A stretch of DNA of 64,000 bases from Salpingoeca rosetta (GCA_033442325.1 JAWQFM010000005.1:1502872-1566871), one strand, 5' to 3'; counted from the first letter of the stretch, positions 43,098 to 61,337 are shown. Numbers and translations: made by a program. The notes: generated by a model from the sequence alone, not told the origin.

Positions 43098-44409
43098 CGA
43101 CAAGCGGGTTTGCGATGGAGGCCATGATGACGTTGCTGAAGGTTGGAGTGAAGCCAAGCTCGTGCAGCGAAACACCTGAACAAAAGCAGCAATGCCCGGC
43201 ATAAGGCATGTGCCGCATGGCTCAGAGCATGATGGCACACACACACACACACACATACACACGCACGCACGCACACACATACATACACACACACACGCAC
43301 ACACGCACGCACACACACGCACAGGCATCAGCTCCTACATGTGACTGACCATGTTTGTTCATGCTGTTGATGCTCTGCTTGAGGTCCTTGCTGGCGACAT
43401 GGCGAAAGTTGGACAACTCTTTCTCCAGCTCTGCACAGTACCTGTTGTGAACGCGGATGGTTGCAGACAAATGAGACATGCGCGCACGGCCAGCCAACGC
43501 ACAGAGTCAAGCGACAGACGCGCAGCCACGAGCGAACATTTCCTCACAGACGCACAGAGAGAGACAGACACACAGACACACACACACACACACGCACGCA
43601 GACACACACACACATCTCCTCACAGACACACACGCAGGCACACACAACTCCTCACACACACACACATACACACACACACACTTTGCAGTGAACATGGGCA
43701 CAGCGTAGATGCCCGGGGAAAGCTCCAGGAGGCGTGCCGTGCCGACGAGGGCCTGCGCGTTGGTTGTTGGCGGCAGGCGGCCGTCCATGGTCCACGTCTC
43801 CTCAATCGCCGTCATGAGCGAGCGTATCTCTGGTCGGAGATGGTGGAGCTGCAGCTCCTTGCACCGCGTGATGAATGTGTACTCGGCCTTGATGCGCTCC
43901 CGCCGCTCCTTTGAGCGCTCAGCGGCGTGCTCGCGGCGGGCGCGTTCGTCGCGTAGAATGGCAAGGGCCTCGTTCAGCTCATCCGCAGTCCACGACCGCA
44001 GCAGGCGTGCGTTCTTCTTGCAGAACGCCTCGTCGTCGCCGTTGTACGAGACGTGCTGCCGCACCTCGCGGCCACCCAGCTTGTCAATAAAGTAGTTGTC
44101 TGTGAGAAAGCACTGGCACTGCGGCACGAGCTGTCCTCGCGGCGCAGGGTAGCTTGGGTGCACGGGGACAAGCTTGAACGACGTTGACTGCAACACGCCG
44201 CCGCCACGACCATGAGGGTGACGTTGGCGGCGCTTGTTGTCGTCGCTGCTGCCATCCGCTATGTTTCCCAGCAATGCCGCAAGCACAACGTACAGCAGCG
44301 CTGTTGCCGCCAGGCATGCGATGGCAACCCACGTCATTCCATTCCCGCTGTCCCCAACGTCGCTCACAGCGCGCACAGCACGCTCAACCCACCACCACAA
44401 CACGTCCAT
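42052..44409 (-). CDS. OGFOD2: 2-oxoglutarate/Fe(II) oxygenase OGFOD2-like, with an N-terminal hydrophobic extension; about 7 exons
   Basis: CQCFLTDNYFI (human OGFOD2 has CACFCTDNLYV), ELEKELSNF...NSMNKHG, DLSLHYDHSLITFN (HxD), FEGGDLQF, WHRALPVRYGHRTNIIMWLRS, terminal CDMC. Confidence 0.88.
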
Positions 44410-44558
44410 CCTTCCGTCTCTGCGTCTTCCTTCGTCGTCCTTGATTGATGGATTATTGTGACGTGCATGATGATTGTGAGTCCTTCTTCTCTTCTTTCTC
44501 TTGTGTTTTTCCCTTCCTTCCAGCAGTCGTCCACGCAAGACGGAAAGAAGGCAGCAGC

Positions 44559-45266
44559 ATGGGGTGTGGTGGCAAGGACGACAAGAAGAAGAACAACAAG
44601 GGTGCTGGTGGCCGGGCGCATGTGAAGGGAGATGTGCTGCCTGGCCGTGCAGAGCTGCCGTCGCAGCGAAAGCACATTGGATCGCTCAACCCGATGCCGG
44701 CCACCCCTGAGCTGTGGCTGGAGGAGAAGCGGCAGCGCGATGAGCAGGAGGCAGGCGTGCCACCGCACCTGTGGTTGATCCACGGCAAGCTGTACGACCT
44801 CACGGGCTTCATGGACAAGCACCCTGGTGGACCGGAGTGGCTTGAGTTTGTGCGCGGCATGGACTGCACGCTTGAGTTTGAGACGCACCATCTCGACGAC
44901 GCCAAGGTGCAGCGGCTGCTGGCCAAGTACTACGTCAGGGACGCCGACCCAGACCGCATCCGTCGCGTGCAGGCGTTCACGTTCAAGTATGACGGCTTCT
45001 ACAAGACCTTCAAGCGACGTGCACTGCCTGTGATCCGTCAGCATGGGGGCACCCACGGCGGCCGTAAGATGGAGCTTGCATCTGCGTTTGCCATCCTCGT
45101 GTGGACCCTCTCCTATACGGCCACCTGCATCACTGGCTCCTTGTTCCTCGCGGCACTCTCAGGTGTGTGCGTGCGTGTGTGTGTGAGTGTGTGTGTATGA
45201 GTGTGTGTAACTGTATGAGTGTGTGCGAGTGTGTGTGAGTGTGTGTGTGAGAGACTGTGTGTACAA

Positions 45267-45308
<42 letters not shown>

Positions 45309-45619
45309 GTCCTTGCGCTGTGTGTTGTCACATGCACACAGACATGCACGAGCGTGGACGACGAGAGTACTCGAGTGTGCAACCCGGGCTGTGACTGACT
45401 GACAGCACTCGACCCCCTCGCATACCACGGCGTCGCGCACGCCCTTTCTGCAGGTGTGTTCTTGTTGGCCATGTTTGGTGTTGGACACAACTACTTTCAC
45501 CAGCGCAACCACCCGTTTCGCTACGCCATGGACCTTACGTTTGCCGGACACCATCAGTGGCGCATTTCCCACGCCATCAGCCACCACGGACACGCCGTCA
45601 GTACACATGGTGTTGTAGG

Positions 45620-45655
<36 letters not shown>

Positions 45656-45687
45656 AGTTGTAGTTGTTGTTGTTGTTGTAGTTGTAG

Positions 45688-45757
<70 letters not shown>

Positions 45758-45759
45758 AG

Positions 45760-45803
<44 letters not shown>

Positions 45804-46855
45804 GATTCTGCTGTACATGCGCACGTTTGCACAAGAGTGCATACACTTGACGTGTCCCTGCGTGTGGTTCACCAATCACTTGCACCTCTTTTCTTTCACG
45901 CACACGACGCGGTGATGCAGAATCTGGACATTGACATCGAGCTGAGCCAGCTTGAGCCGCTGTCGACGTTCCTGCGCTCCCAGCCCCGCTTCGGCCCCTG
46001 GATCTATCTCGCGTATGTTTGTTCGCAGCTGGCTCATCTATGCTGGCACCAGCGTGCGGTTGTTGGCCTTTGCACTCACATGCACACACCCACAAACAAT
46101 TTCATGCACATACACGCTTACGTATTGCACACATATGTACACACATGTACACACACACGTGTTTCATATCACACATGTGCATACACGCATACACGTGACA
46201 CGCATACACATCCACATGCGTATTTCACACACACACACACGCATGCGTGTATGCAGCGCCGTCCCGTACTATCTTGTAGCCGCTCCAATTGACATTGCAC
46301 GGACGTGGATTGGGCTCATCACGGGCGCAGCGTCGCGCCGCCCAGAGCAGATCATCCGCATCGCACAGGTGCTTATTGTGTGTGTGTGTGTGCCGTTGTT
46401 GTCGCGGGTCGCTTGCTGTTCTCTTGTGTTGACATCTGCATGGAGCGCGCATGCGCCACTCGCACGTTCTCACAAGTACAAACACACACATTCTCACACA
46501 TACACACACACACACATACATATTCTCACACACACACATTCACATTTGTTCCAACACGAACAGCTGGTGATCCTTATGGCGTGCCAAGGACCGCTGTGGG
46601 GCCTGCTGCTGTTTGATGTCATGCACACCTTTGGTGCTCTTGGCCTCTTCGTCGCCTCCTTTCCCGTCCACCGCACGGAGTACGCCTGGTCCGATGGCTG
46701 CCAGTCCGTCGACCCAGACAAACCAGACTTTGGAGAGTGAGTGCGACGTGTGTGGATTTGGGAGGTTGTGTAAATACGTGTGTGATGTGTATGTGTGTGT
46801 GTGATGTGTGTGATGTGTGTGATGTGTGTGATGTGTGTGATGTGTGTGATGATGT

Positions 46856-46892
<37 letters not shown>

Positions 46893-47298
46893 ATGCGTAT
46901 GAGTGGGTGGTGTTCATGAGTGCTTGCGACTTTTGTGCGTGTGTGTGTGTGTCTGACTGTATCAACATGTACCCGTGAAGTTTGCATTCGGTTGTGCTTT
47001 GTGCCATGCCTGTGCACCCGCTCTTCACTGCCCGCAGTTGAATGCCCCTCTGCTCCTGCCCTCATGTCCACGTTCTCCATCATCGCCACCACCATTGTCG
47101 TGATGTACAGACACATTGTCGCTGTGTCGCACGATTACGGGCTGGACCTCGGGCTGCTCGGGCAGATTTTTCTTGCCGGGTCGTTCAACAACCACATCAT
47201 CCACCACCTGCTGCCCACGCTTGATCTCTCCAAGCAGCGCCTCCTCCTCCCGCTCCTCGATGACCTCTGCGCCGAATTCAAGGTGCGCGCACGTGTTT

Positions 47299-47341
<43 letters not shown>

Positions 47342-47447
47342 TTGGACTTAAATGCGGCATTGTTTGAGATGTATGGCACGGTTACACTGTATCATGTGTA
47401 TTCTTTGACACCATGAATGACTGGGATGTGTGACATGAACCACTATG

Positions 47448-47488
<41 letters not shown>

Positions 47489-47635
47489 CTTCGTCGGCAC
47501 AAGCGGTCGTTTCTGGAGCTGTTTGGGTCGTACGTGCGCGCGATGCACGTGACAAAGGAGCAGGGCCTCAAGTACCATCCAGACGGACACCAACATGCTG
47601 GACGAAATGGCGCCAGTCACAAGAAGACAAACTAG
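44559..47635 (+). CDS. Cytochrome b5-related protein (cyt b5 domain plus membrane fatty-acid desaturase-like domain); about 7 exons
   Basis: LWLIHGKLYDLTGFMDKHPGGPEWLE...FETHH and FTFKYDGFYKTFKRR. His boxes GHNYFHQ, WRISHAISHH and NHIIHHLLPTLD. This architecture matches the insect Cyt-b5-r family. Confidence 0.88.
45620..45804. repeat. (GTT)n microsatellite in a Cyt-b5-r intron
   Basis: Near-perfect trinucleotide run. Confidence 0.95.
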
Positions 47636-47773
47636 AAACCACACACACACACACACACATACACACACACACACACACAACACACACACACACACACACA
47701 CACACAAAGACATGCGTGTCCAAGCGCCCTCCAGCACATTTGCTCGTGTCGCGTAGCTCTGCCTACGACCCAT

Positions 47774-49145
47774 TCATTTACCCACGTTAGATGCTGTCAA
47801 CCGTGTGAACACACCGCCACTGCCTGCCTGATTGCCTGCCTGTTCCTGATATTCCCTGCCCACTCGTGTGCTGTCTGTTACTCTCCATCCGCCAAGTAAA
47901 TCATCAAATCGCCATGACGATGCCGGTGGCCAATTACCAACACAGCAGCCGAAGTCAGCACTGCCGTGTATCGCAGATGTGGTGGTTGCTGCTGACAACG
48001 ACGATATTCCGCTACACCTGCGAGAGGGTCAGGGAGGCGTCTTCGCCGTGGTCAATCTGTTGGCACAGGCCCTTGATCAGCGACTCGACAGCCTGCATCG
48101 CCGCGGGGTTGACGTGTTGTGGCTGCTGCTTGTTGTGCTCTGACTGCTGCGCGTGTAGGTGTGGTGCACGTGCTGTGGTGCCACGGTTGCCCGATCGTCC
48201 TGCCTCATCACTCTGGCTTGGCGTCTTGCGTTGCGCGTTACCACCTCGGTCATCACTGCCGGTAGATGCGGATGACACCGTGCTTGATGCCGAGCTTGTC
48301 TTGCGTGAAGCCACAGCCACGCTGCTGTTGTTGTTCCTGCTGTCACTGGCACTCGTGGTGTTGGCCGAATTCTGACGTGTATGCTTGCTTGAAGACGCGG
48401 GCTGATGTTTGGTGGCAGTGCTGCTTATGGTGTGGTGGTGCTTGCAACTTCTGCTGCTGCTTGTGTTGTTGCTGTGGAGCTCTTGATTACGGCTGGGATG
48501 GCTTTTCCGACTCGTGGTCGAGGGCGCAGCGTGACTTGAGGAGGAGCGAGCAGTGCTTCGGTTCCCATCAGCGTCGGTTGACCGACGGTGTGCGGAAGCC
48601 GTGTTTTCAGGGTAAGGGGATGGGCGCATGCTCCGTGAACGCTCATGTTGCGTGGAATGACTCCGTTTCCTGCGTTGCTGCTGTTGCTGCTGATGCTGCT
48701 GCTGTTGCGGTTGTTGTCGCTGTTGCTGTTGTTGTCGCTGCTGTTGTTGCGGTTGTTGTCGCTGTTGCTGTTGTTGTCGCTGCTGTTGTTGTCGATGCCG
48801 TTGCCGGTGCTCCTCCTCACCGTTTCCGTGATGTGATTGAGCAAGTTTGGGCCTTTGTGCTGGTGGCTCGGTGAAGTCATCCATATCATTGTCAACCCAC
48901 ATGTCGTCGCCATAATCATCATCATCATCATCATCGTCGTCGTCGTCGTCGTCATCCTCTCGCCTGCGATGGCGGTGTTTGTGTTGATTCGTGGGACGAT
49001 GGCGTGCTTCTTTTGTTGCTGAACTTGCGGCATCTTGGCCGTCATGCGAAGTTGCATGCGTGGTCGCCGCTGATCCTTCTTCCTTGTCACCATCGCCGCC
49101 GGTGACGGGAAACGTCTCCAGCCCGTACCGAAGAAGACGAAACAT
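47774..49145 (-). CDS. Hypothetical low-complexity protein (D-, Q-, S-rich)
   Basis: ORF 48012-49145 from MFRLLRYGLETFP, with a donor after TLSQ and a probable short last exon to 47774. No family recognised. Confidence 0.5.
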
Positions 49146-49260
49146 GCCGGGGGGACTTGGAAGGAGAGGTGGAAGCGTGTGGGGTGGGCTGGGGTGTCTT
49201 GTTCGGTGTTGACTGGCTGGCTGGAGGTTGCGGACAGACACAAAACAACAGACAGCGGGC

Positions 49261-49277
49261 GCCGCGCAAAATTTGAA
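49261..49277. promoter_or_regulatory. Putative CDE/CHR-like element GCCGCGCAAAATTTGAA in a divergent promoter
   Basis: GC box, short spacer, then TTTGAA, between the ATGs at 49145 (-) and 49619 (+). Confidence 0.35.
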
Positions 49278-49618
49278 TTGCGCCGTTGTGGTTGGTTGTT
49301 GTGTTCGGGGACACAACAGCCAAGATGCAAGACAAGCGAGCGGCTGCGTACGTGAGGGGATGGGGATGGATGGAAGCGGCGTGAAAGGAGGGATGTTCAA
49401 TCAAGATGGGGAGTTTGGCGTGGTCGCATACATTTCCCCCCCCCCCCTCGTCACAGAGTCAAGCGCAAGAGCAGGTAATACGAACGACAGAACGAAGAAA
49501 GAGTGTCCGTCGAGCGACTTTGACCAGACAACAACACAACACAACTGCGTGAACGACTGAACCTCAACCAGTCAACCCTGACTCAGCAACCCCCACGACA
49601 CCTTTCGAGGATAGCAAG

Positions 49619-50176
49619 ATGACGAACAGCAACAAGAACAGTGCCAGCACATCGGGTACAGGTGAAATGGTAGCCACAGAGCCTGCTGATGGCGTATATT
49701 TTCGGCATGGGAGCGCAAACAAAGAAGGCGTGTCTCGCCGACGACAGTGGATCTATCTTGGGCCCGTGGTGGCCGCCCCGCTCACACACATCTGCGTCAC
49801 TCTCTACCGAAAGGTGTGCGTGTGTGTGTGTGTATACATGTAGGGGTTTGTACACCTGTATGTGTGTGTGTGTGTGTGTGCGTGTGTATGTGTGATGCGC
49901 AACATTCTGGACACACCGCTCACCCCCATGTCCCCACCACACTTCGTTTTGCTGCCTCTTGACCAGACGCCAAAGAAGTGGCGCCCGTGGATGGCGTGGG
50001 GTGGCGTGGGTGGCCTGTCGTTTCTCGCCGTGGCCAACCGCCTCGTCCTCATGTACCACGCCGGATACCCATGCGAGGACCACATCGACGTTAGCAAGCG
50101 CCTCGTGCGCGCAGGCGAAGAGCAGCCCGAAACAGCCGTCGGCGTCGCCAAAGACATTATCAAGCATTCCATCTAA
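49619..50176 (+). CDS. Hypothetical small membrane protein, 134 aa, 2 exons (49619-49813, 49967-50176)
   Basis: A phase-0 GT-AG intron joins ...WIYLGPVVAAPLTHICVTLYRK to TPKKWRPWMAWGGVGGLSFLAVANRLVLMYHAGYP.... Two hydrophobic segments. Confidence 0.65.
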
Positions 50177-50624
50177 GGACCAAAGTGCAGCTCAGTGTGT
50201 GTGTGTGTGTGCAACTCTGGGGAGGTGCATGTGTTGGTGAGCTGCCGCCACGCCTGAGGAGAGGGCTCCCTGTGGCGATGCTGTGATACGTGTTTTCCTT
50301 TCTGCTTTGTCCTGTGTCAGGCAGACCTTGTCCGCATCTGCTGCGTTACTGTACTGCAGCCATTCTGACTGGACAGAAGCAACTGCTCGCTGCTGGTCAC
50401 TGCTCTGTTTTGTTTGCTGCTGTCACTTTGCTTGCTGGTTGGACGAAGTGAGAACTTGTTTACTCGTGTGGACTCGTGGGTGCAATGTGGATCGTTGCAC
50501 GTTCGCCGTTTGCAGTAAACGGCGTGCGAACTTGCGCTTGATGAATGGAATCACCTGCACATACACAATCACACACACAGCGCCATGGATGAATGTGTGT
50601 ACGTGTACGTGCATGTGTGTGCAG

Positions 50625-51674
50625 TTACACCTTGGGCTTCTTGGGTGCTGGGTCTGCTTGCTCAGCAGCTGCGGCCTTCTTCGCTTCTTCTTGCAGAAAG
50701 CTCACGTCATCGCCAACAGCAAACGTCTGCATGTCCTGTGAATTGTGTGTGTGTGTGTGCGTGTGTGTGTGTGTGTGCGTGTGTGGGTGTGTATGTGTGT
50801 ATGTGTGTATGTGTGTATGTGTGTATGTGCGTGTGCGTGTGTGCGCACTCCTGGTCCCAACACAATTGACACAGTATGCGGGCGTCCAGCATGCGAGGTC
50901 ACCTCCTTTCACAACGCCGCCATCACCAACACCACTGTGTCATTCCTGACACACGACCACATACTTTGCCATGGAGAAACACGCGAATCGGCAGGTTCTT
51001 TCCCTCAACCGTCCACTTGTCGCCTGCAGCGTTGCGATGGTCATGGCGATGGTAGTGGCGATGGTGGTGGTGACACAAGTGGTGGCGGTGAGGTGGTGGA
51101 GAGTGTGTTGAGTGGGCGTCATGTGGCAAACGTGTCCCCAATGCATGATGGGACGAGTGAATACCTTCCACATGAAGAATGGTCCCTTCCGGCAGCGCTG
51201 TCAAACACACACACACACACACATGCATACACAGGAGAACATGGGTAATTGTGAGGGAAGAGGAACTTGTGGCCTCCCTTCATCTTCAGATGTGCGGTTA
51301 TTACGCAATACTACCCCATCGCAGTTCACGACACGGCGTACCGAGCACTGGTGTTGTGTTGTCCTCCAGAAACTGCTCAAGCCGCTCGCGCCTTGTATGA
51401 CAACAGCACGCGCATGCATGCAGGCAGCGCGTGAATCATCGGGAAGCCAGTGGTGGAGGAGGTTCACGCACGCGCGCATAGAGAGACACGAAGACGGGGA
51501 CGCACGAATGCACTCTCACACACACATTTACCTTGTCTCGCCCTTGTGGGTGCTGTTAGGGTCTGGCTCCAGGTAGTGTGGGTTGATCTGCACATGCGTA
51601 GAGCGTGTATCGCCCATGACTTGACTGCTCGGACTGGCAAAGGCAGGCGTCGTGCCCTTATCCAAGGGACAAGT

Positions 51675-51770
<96 letters not shown>

Positions 51771-51805
51771 GCACACACACATACATACATACATACATAC
51801 ATACA

Positions 51806-51839
<34 letters not shown>

Positions 51840-53240
51840 GAGACGACACCACCGACCTGGATGGGGACGAGGGCGAGGGCCTCAAACGAGGGTGGCTGGA
51901 CGATGGGCATATCATTGGTGGTGCGGATGGACTTGCAGGCCACGTTGGTGCCGGCGCTCGCCCCCATGTACGGCATGCCCCCAGCGACACGCGCGCGAAT
52001 GGCGTCAACCACCTGTCGACGAGAGAGGAGGAGGGGAGGGTGTGTGATAGCGCTCGATGGTGCATGTGTAGAACGCAAGGCGGGAAGTCGATTGCACCTC
52101 ACATTGTGGGAGGCAGCAGGGGCCACCTGTGTTACAGTTGAACATACGTTGTGCTTGTAGAGCAAGTTGAGCAGGCGGAAGGTGTTGCCGCCACCAACGA
52201 AGATGCTCTCTGCTTCATTCTGCACGATGTGCGTGCGTGCGTGCGTGTGCGTGTGTGTAGGTAACGTGAGCTCGTGACTTGCGCAAACCCATGCTCTGCA
52301 TCCAGTGACATCGAAAACAGAGGCGCAGGCTGATACCTTGCATGATGACACTCACCACAGCGGCAATCTTGTCGTCGCACTCGTGCAGGCCCTTCACGTC
52401 TGTCACAGGCGGGTTTGCAAGAGAGACATCGCACGGAGTGTGAGGGCATTGTCATTCTGTCCTGAATTGCTTCGCACATCACTGCGGTTGTCGTCAAGTC
52501 GCTCACCAAAGCCCATCAGTTTGAAGCGGTCCCTCGCCTTGGCCGTGTATGCATCACAGTCCTGGTCGCCAACGCATCCCAGTAAGAAGTGTGGGCGTGT
52601 GGGTGTGCATGCGCGCGTTTGAGGGATGAGCGCATGCAAGGACAGCACAACAGCAAGTCGGAGACAAGTCTTGCATGCAGAGACAGAGACAGAGACAGAG
52701 AGACAGACAGAGAGACAGACAGAGAGAGATATACAGACAGACAGATAGAGAGACAGAGAGAGACAGACAGACAGAGAGACATGGACACAGACACACAGAC
52801 AGAGTAGGTGATGTGGTATTCTGCAAAGATGGTGGTCGTACCTTGAGTGCAAATGGGATGAACAGGACCGATGAGACGTTGCTGGCCTTGAGGAATGTCG
52901 TCATGGCCTCCGCACAATGGTCCAAGTACCCTGTAGGGTGCGTCCTGCATACGGCACACGGCGACACGGCGACACGGCGACTCGTTCTGCGTGAATGTCG
53001 TTGCACGCACCCTTCGGCACACATACATGCACGCACGCACACACAGCCACACACACAGACACACACACAGACACACACAGACACACACAGACACACACAG
53101 ACACACGTGCAGGCACACATGCAGACACACGCACACACATATGCAGACACACAGACACAGACACACACACACACACGCTTGATGCTGGCTTACGTGCTGT
53201 TGCTGATGAGCAAGCAGCGGGGTGCAACCTTGCCAGCCAT
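50625..53240 (-). CDS. pepE: Peptidase E / alpha-aspartyl dipeptidase (family S51); about 11 exons
   Basis: [45 protein letters not shown] (catalytic Ser), [20 protein letters not shown] (catalytic His), [17 protein letters not shown]. Confidence 0.95.
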
Positions 53241-53280
53241 CGTGGTGTCTTCTTTTGATATTGGGTGGTGGTCAGTGGAC

Positions 53281-53410
<130 letters not shown>

Positions 53411-53788
53411 GTTGTAACAGCACGTGTTTGCAAACAACCATCATCCCAACCCCTCACTCACCACGACACACACACACACACACACGTGTACGTGACGCGC
53501 ATTGGATGTCGTGTATTCCCCTGTCACGGTCACAAGTGCGGCAACATCAAGGCACAACCAAGCAAAACCAGCACCTCACGATCACGTGGCGGTGTGGTGG
53601 CGGCCTCAAAACGGTCCAAAGCAGGTACCAAACACACACACACACACAAGCAAAGCGAAGCAGCAAGCAAGTACAGACGGGCAGAGAAGGGCGAGAACGG
53701 GTGCAATTACGGCCGAGTGCCAACGGAGCGATAATGGGGAGGAGACAAAGACGTGGATGGCACCAGCACTGCTGACTATGAGAAAATC

Positions 53789-53889
<101 letters not shown>

Positions 53890-53932
53890 GCAAGCACGAA
53901 GACACAGGCGGCACGAACGAGCAGAGCAGGAC

Positions 53933-58540
<4,608 letters not shown>

Positions 58541-58556
58541 CCTCGTGCTTCCTTTT

Positions 58557-58682
58557 GTTGTGGTTGTGGTTGTTGTTGTGGTTGTGGTTGTGGTTGTGGT
58601 TGTGGTTGTGGTTGTGGTTGTGGTTGTGGTTGTGGTTGTGGTTGTGGTTGTGGTTGTGGTTGTGGTTGTGGTTGTGGTTGTG
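58557..58682. repeat. (GTTGTG)n hexanucleotide repeat just upstream of the NCX start codon
   Basis: About 20 near-perfect copies. Confidence 0.95.
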
Positions 58683-59161
58683 TGAGAGGCGATATGAATC
58701 CTGTGTGCTACACACACACACACACACACACATGGCACGGCATGCGGACAAACACGCGAAGCTACACGCATGTGGTGGCGGGGACGCAGGACACATGGTG
58801 ATGGTGATGATCAAGGCGACCCTGGACATAGTGTGAGAGGGGTCGGGGCTGGTGGGTGAGAAGGCGGAGGGCGAAACGGCAAACGCGCTGCCGACCAAGG
58901 TGTCCGATGGCGATGGACCTTCAGACTTATACAGTTGTGAAGTGCACGCTGACATGACGCTCACTGAACAAACTATTCAAACAACTGTTCTGAACACCCA
59001 CCAAAGACTCTGCTGCAACATAAAAACTCATTGGACTACTTCTTCATCCGCATCACTCAGAAAGCAAACAAAAGAAACTGGTCCAACAATTCGGTCGATT
59101 AGTACATGATCGATGAAATGGCATCTAACTAAGATCATGATTTAAGCTTGCATCGAAAGTC

Positions 59162-59261
59162 NNNNNNNNNNNNNNNNNNNNNNNNNNNNNNNNNNNNNNN
59201 NNNNNNNNNNNNNNNNNNNNNNNNNNNNNNNNNNNNNNNNNNNNNNNNNNNNNNNNNNNNN
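59162..59261. other. Assembly gap (100 N) next to a (CA)n tract
   Basis: Run of N followed by (AC)n to ~59363. Confidence 1.
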
Positions 59262-59366
<105 letters not shown>

Positions 59367-59627
59367 TGCGGCCTCGAACCGTTTGTGTGTCCGAGTGACC
59401 GCACTGAAACGGCAAGCACGCAGTGGCAAGTCACAAGGTGGTGGTCGTGGTCCGGGCAAGCAAGCAAGCGAGGGGTGCGAGGATGATGCAGCGTGTGGAG
59501 CAAAATCAAAACAGGCGAAGAAAAGACAGCACCAAGTGAAATTCTTGGGAGGAGTTGTGTTTGCTGGAATTGGAGGTGTGTGTGTGTGTGTGTGTTGTGT
59601 GCGGCCGCAGGCACATCGAAGCACACA

Positions 59628-61271
59628 ATGGGGGTCGGCAACTTCCATGTGTTTGAGTTGCTGGCTGGGTGTGTGGGTGTGGTTGGAGCGCTGTTGGTTG
59701 TGGGCACGTTCTGGCTCCTGCCAAAGTTCAGGGAGCACCCGGCCGAGCTCATTCTCTTTGTCTCCATCTGCGATCTCTTCCTCGTACGTATTGTTTCCGT
59801 GTGCGTATGATTGTCTGTGTGCGTATGATTGTCTGTGTGTGTATGTGTGTGTGTGTGTGTCTGTCTGTCTGTCTCTGTGTGTGTGTGTGTGTGTGTGTCT
59901 GTCTGTCTGTCTGTCTGTGCGTGTGTCTGTCTGTCTGTCCGTGTGTGTGTATGAACATCCTCGTTTGTGTCGGTGCAACAGGCATCGGAAGCAGCTCACT
60001 CTTGCTCTCACCCCCCCCCCACCCACACACACACACATCGCAGTCACTAAAGTTTTTGGTTCGAGGCGCGGCGTGGCTGGCGCCTGGACCAAGCTATGAG
60101 GACGCGCGCTCCTTCCACCTGTTCAATGACGGCTGCACATCGTCTATCGTGTGGTCTGCCGTCTTCGAAACCGCCTCCATCTCATGGAACGCCATTTGGT
60201 ACAACATACGCCTTGACATTCGCCTGCTGTGCGGCCTGACTTGTTTATTCGCTCATTCACCATGATCGCAAGCGAAGCCTTGGATTCAAGGGACGTGTGG
60301 ATCAATGTGGTTTCTGAGTCCAAGCAACTTGAGTCTCCATGCACCAATCGCCACACACACACACACACTCTCTCTCTCTCTCTCACACAATCACACACAC
60401 ACACACATACCTACATACCTGCTTGCCGCTCATCTTCTCTCTGTTGTTGTTGTTGTTGTTGCCCTCGGCTTGTTGGACTGCCGTGGCTCGGCGACTTCGT
60501 GACCCAGGTGTTTGCATCTCATGTACCAGACGCGCTTTCCCGACCGCGACGCATCTGTGCTGGTCAAATTCTACCACGTGTATGTCTGGGCGATGGTGGC
60601 CGCCAACATTGCCATCCAGCTCACCACCAGCGACCGCGGCACTAGCAGCTCCGCTAACGGTACGAAGAAGTGAGCCGTGAGAAGCGAAGGGATGTAGGGT
60701 GTGCTGCAGGGGCAGCTGTATGAAGCTGCTGCAACCCACCTGAACGTTGTTGTCGCGCTGCGTTTGCTGGCTTGTTCTCATCAGCGGTGCGCCAACACCC
60801 CGCACCTGCAAACGTGTGCAGGGTACCACTACTGCTCCCTGCTTCCTCACACGGTGCACAACACGGCCATCATGTTCGATTTCGTCGTGAGCATGGCTTC
60901 GGTACGCCATTGTGTGCGTGGGAGTTTGCGCGAGCGGAAGTGTGCGTGCGTGAAGTTGCGCGTGTGTGCGTGCATGTATCGTGTGCTGCGTGCCCATTCT
61001 TGAGGACGTCGTCTCCTTCCCTCTCCCCCATGCACCCATCGCTCTGTCGCCAGTCTCACGCAGTATGCTGGTGTTATGGTGATGGTGGGAAACCAGGTGG
61101 GCGTGGCGTTGTGTTCGCTTGTGTACACGTGGATCCGTCTTGGGTGTGGCGTTTCGAAGGAAGTGCACGCGCTCGCGTTACGCCACTACGCTTTTTGCCT
61201 CATCTTCATCTTCCTCTGGACTGCTGAGGTGGATACCTGCGTGTTGTGTGTGTGTGGGCATGTGTGCGTGC

Positions 61272-61337
<66 letters not shown>

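Noticed and set aside
58557-58682. (GTTGTG)n as an interstitial telomere or CRISPR-like array
   Set aside because: Not TTAGGG and has no spacers; an ordinary microsatellite.
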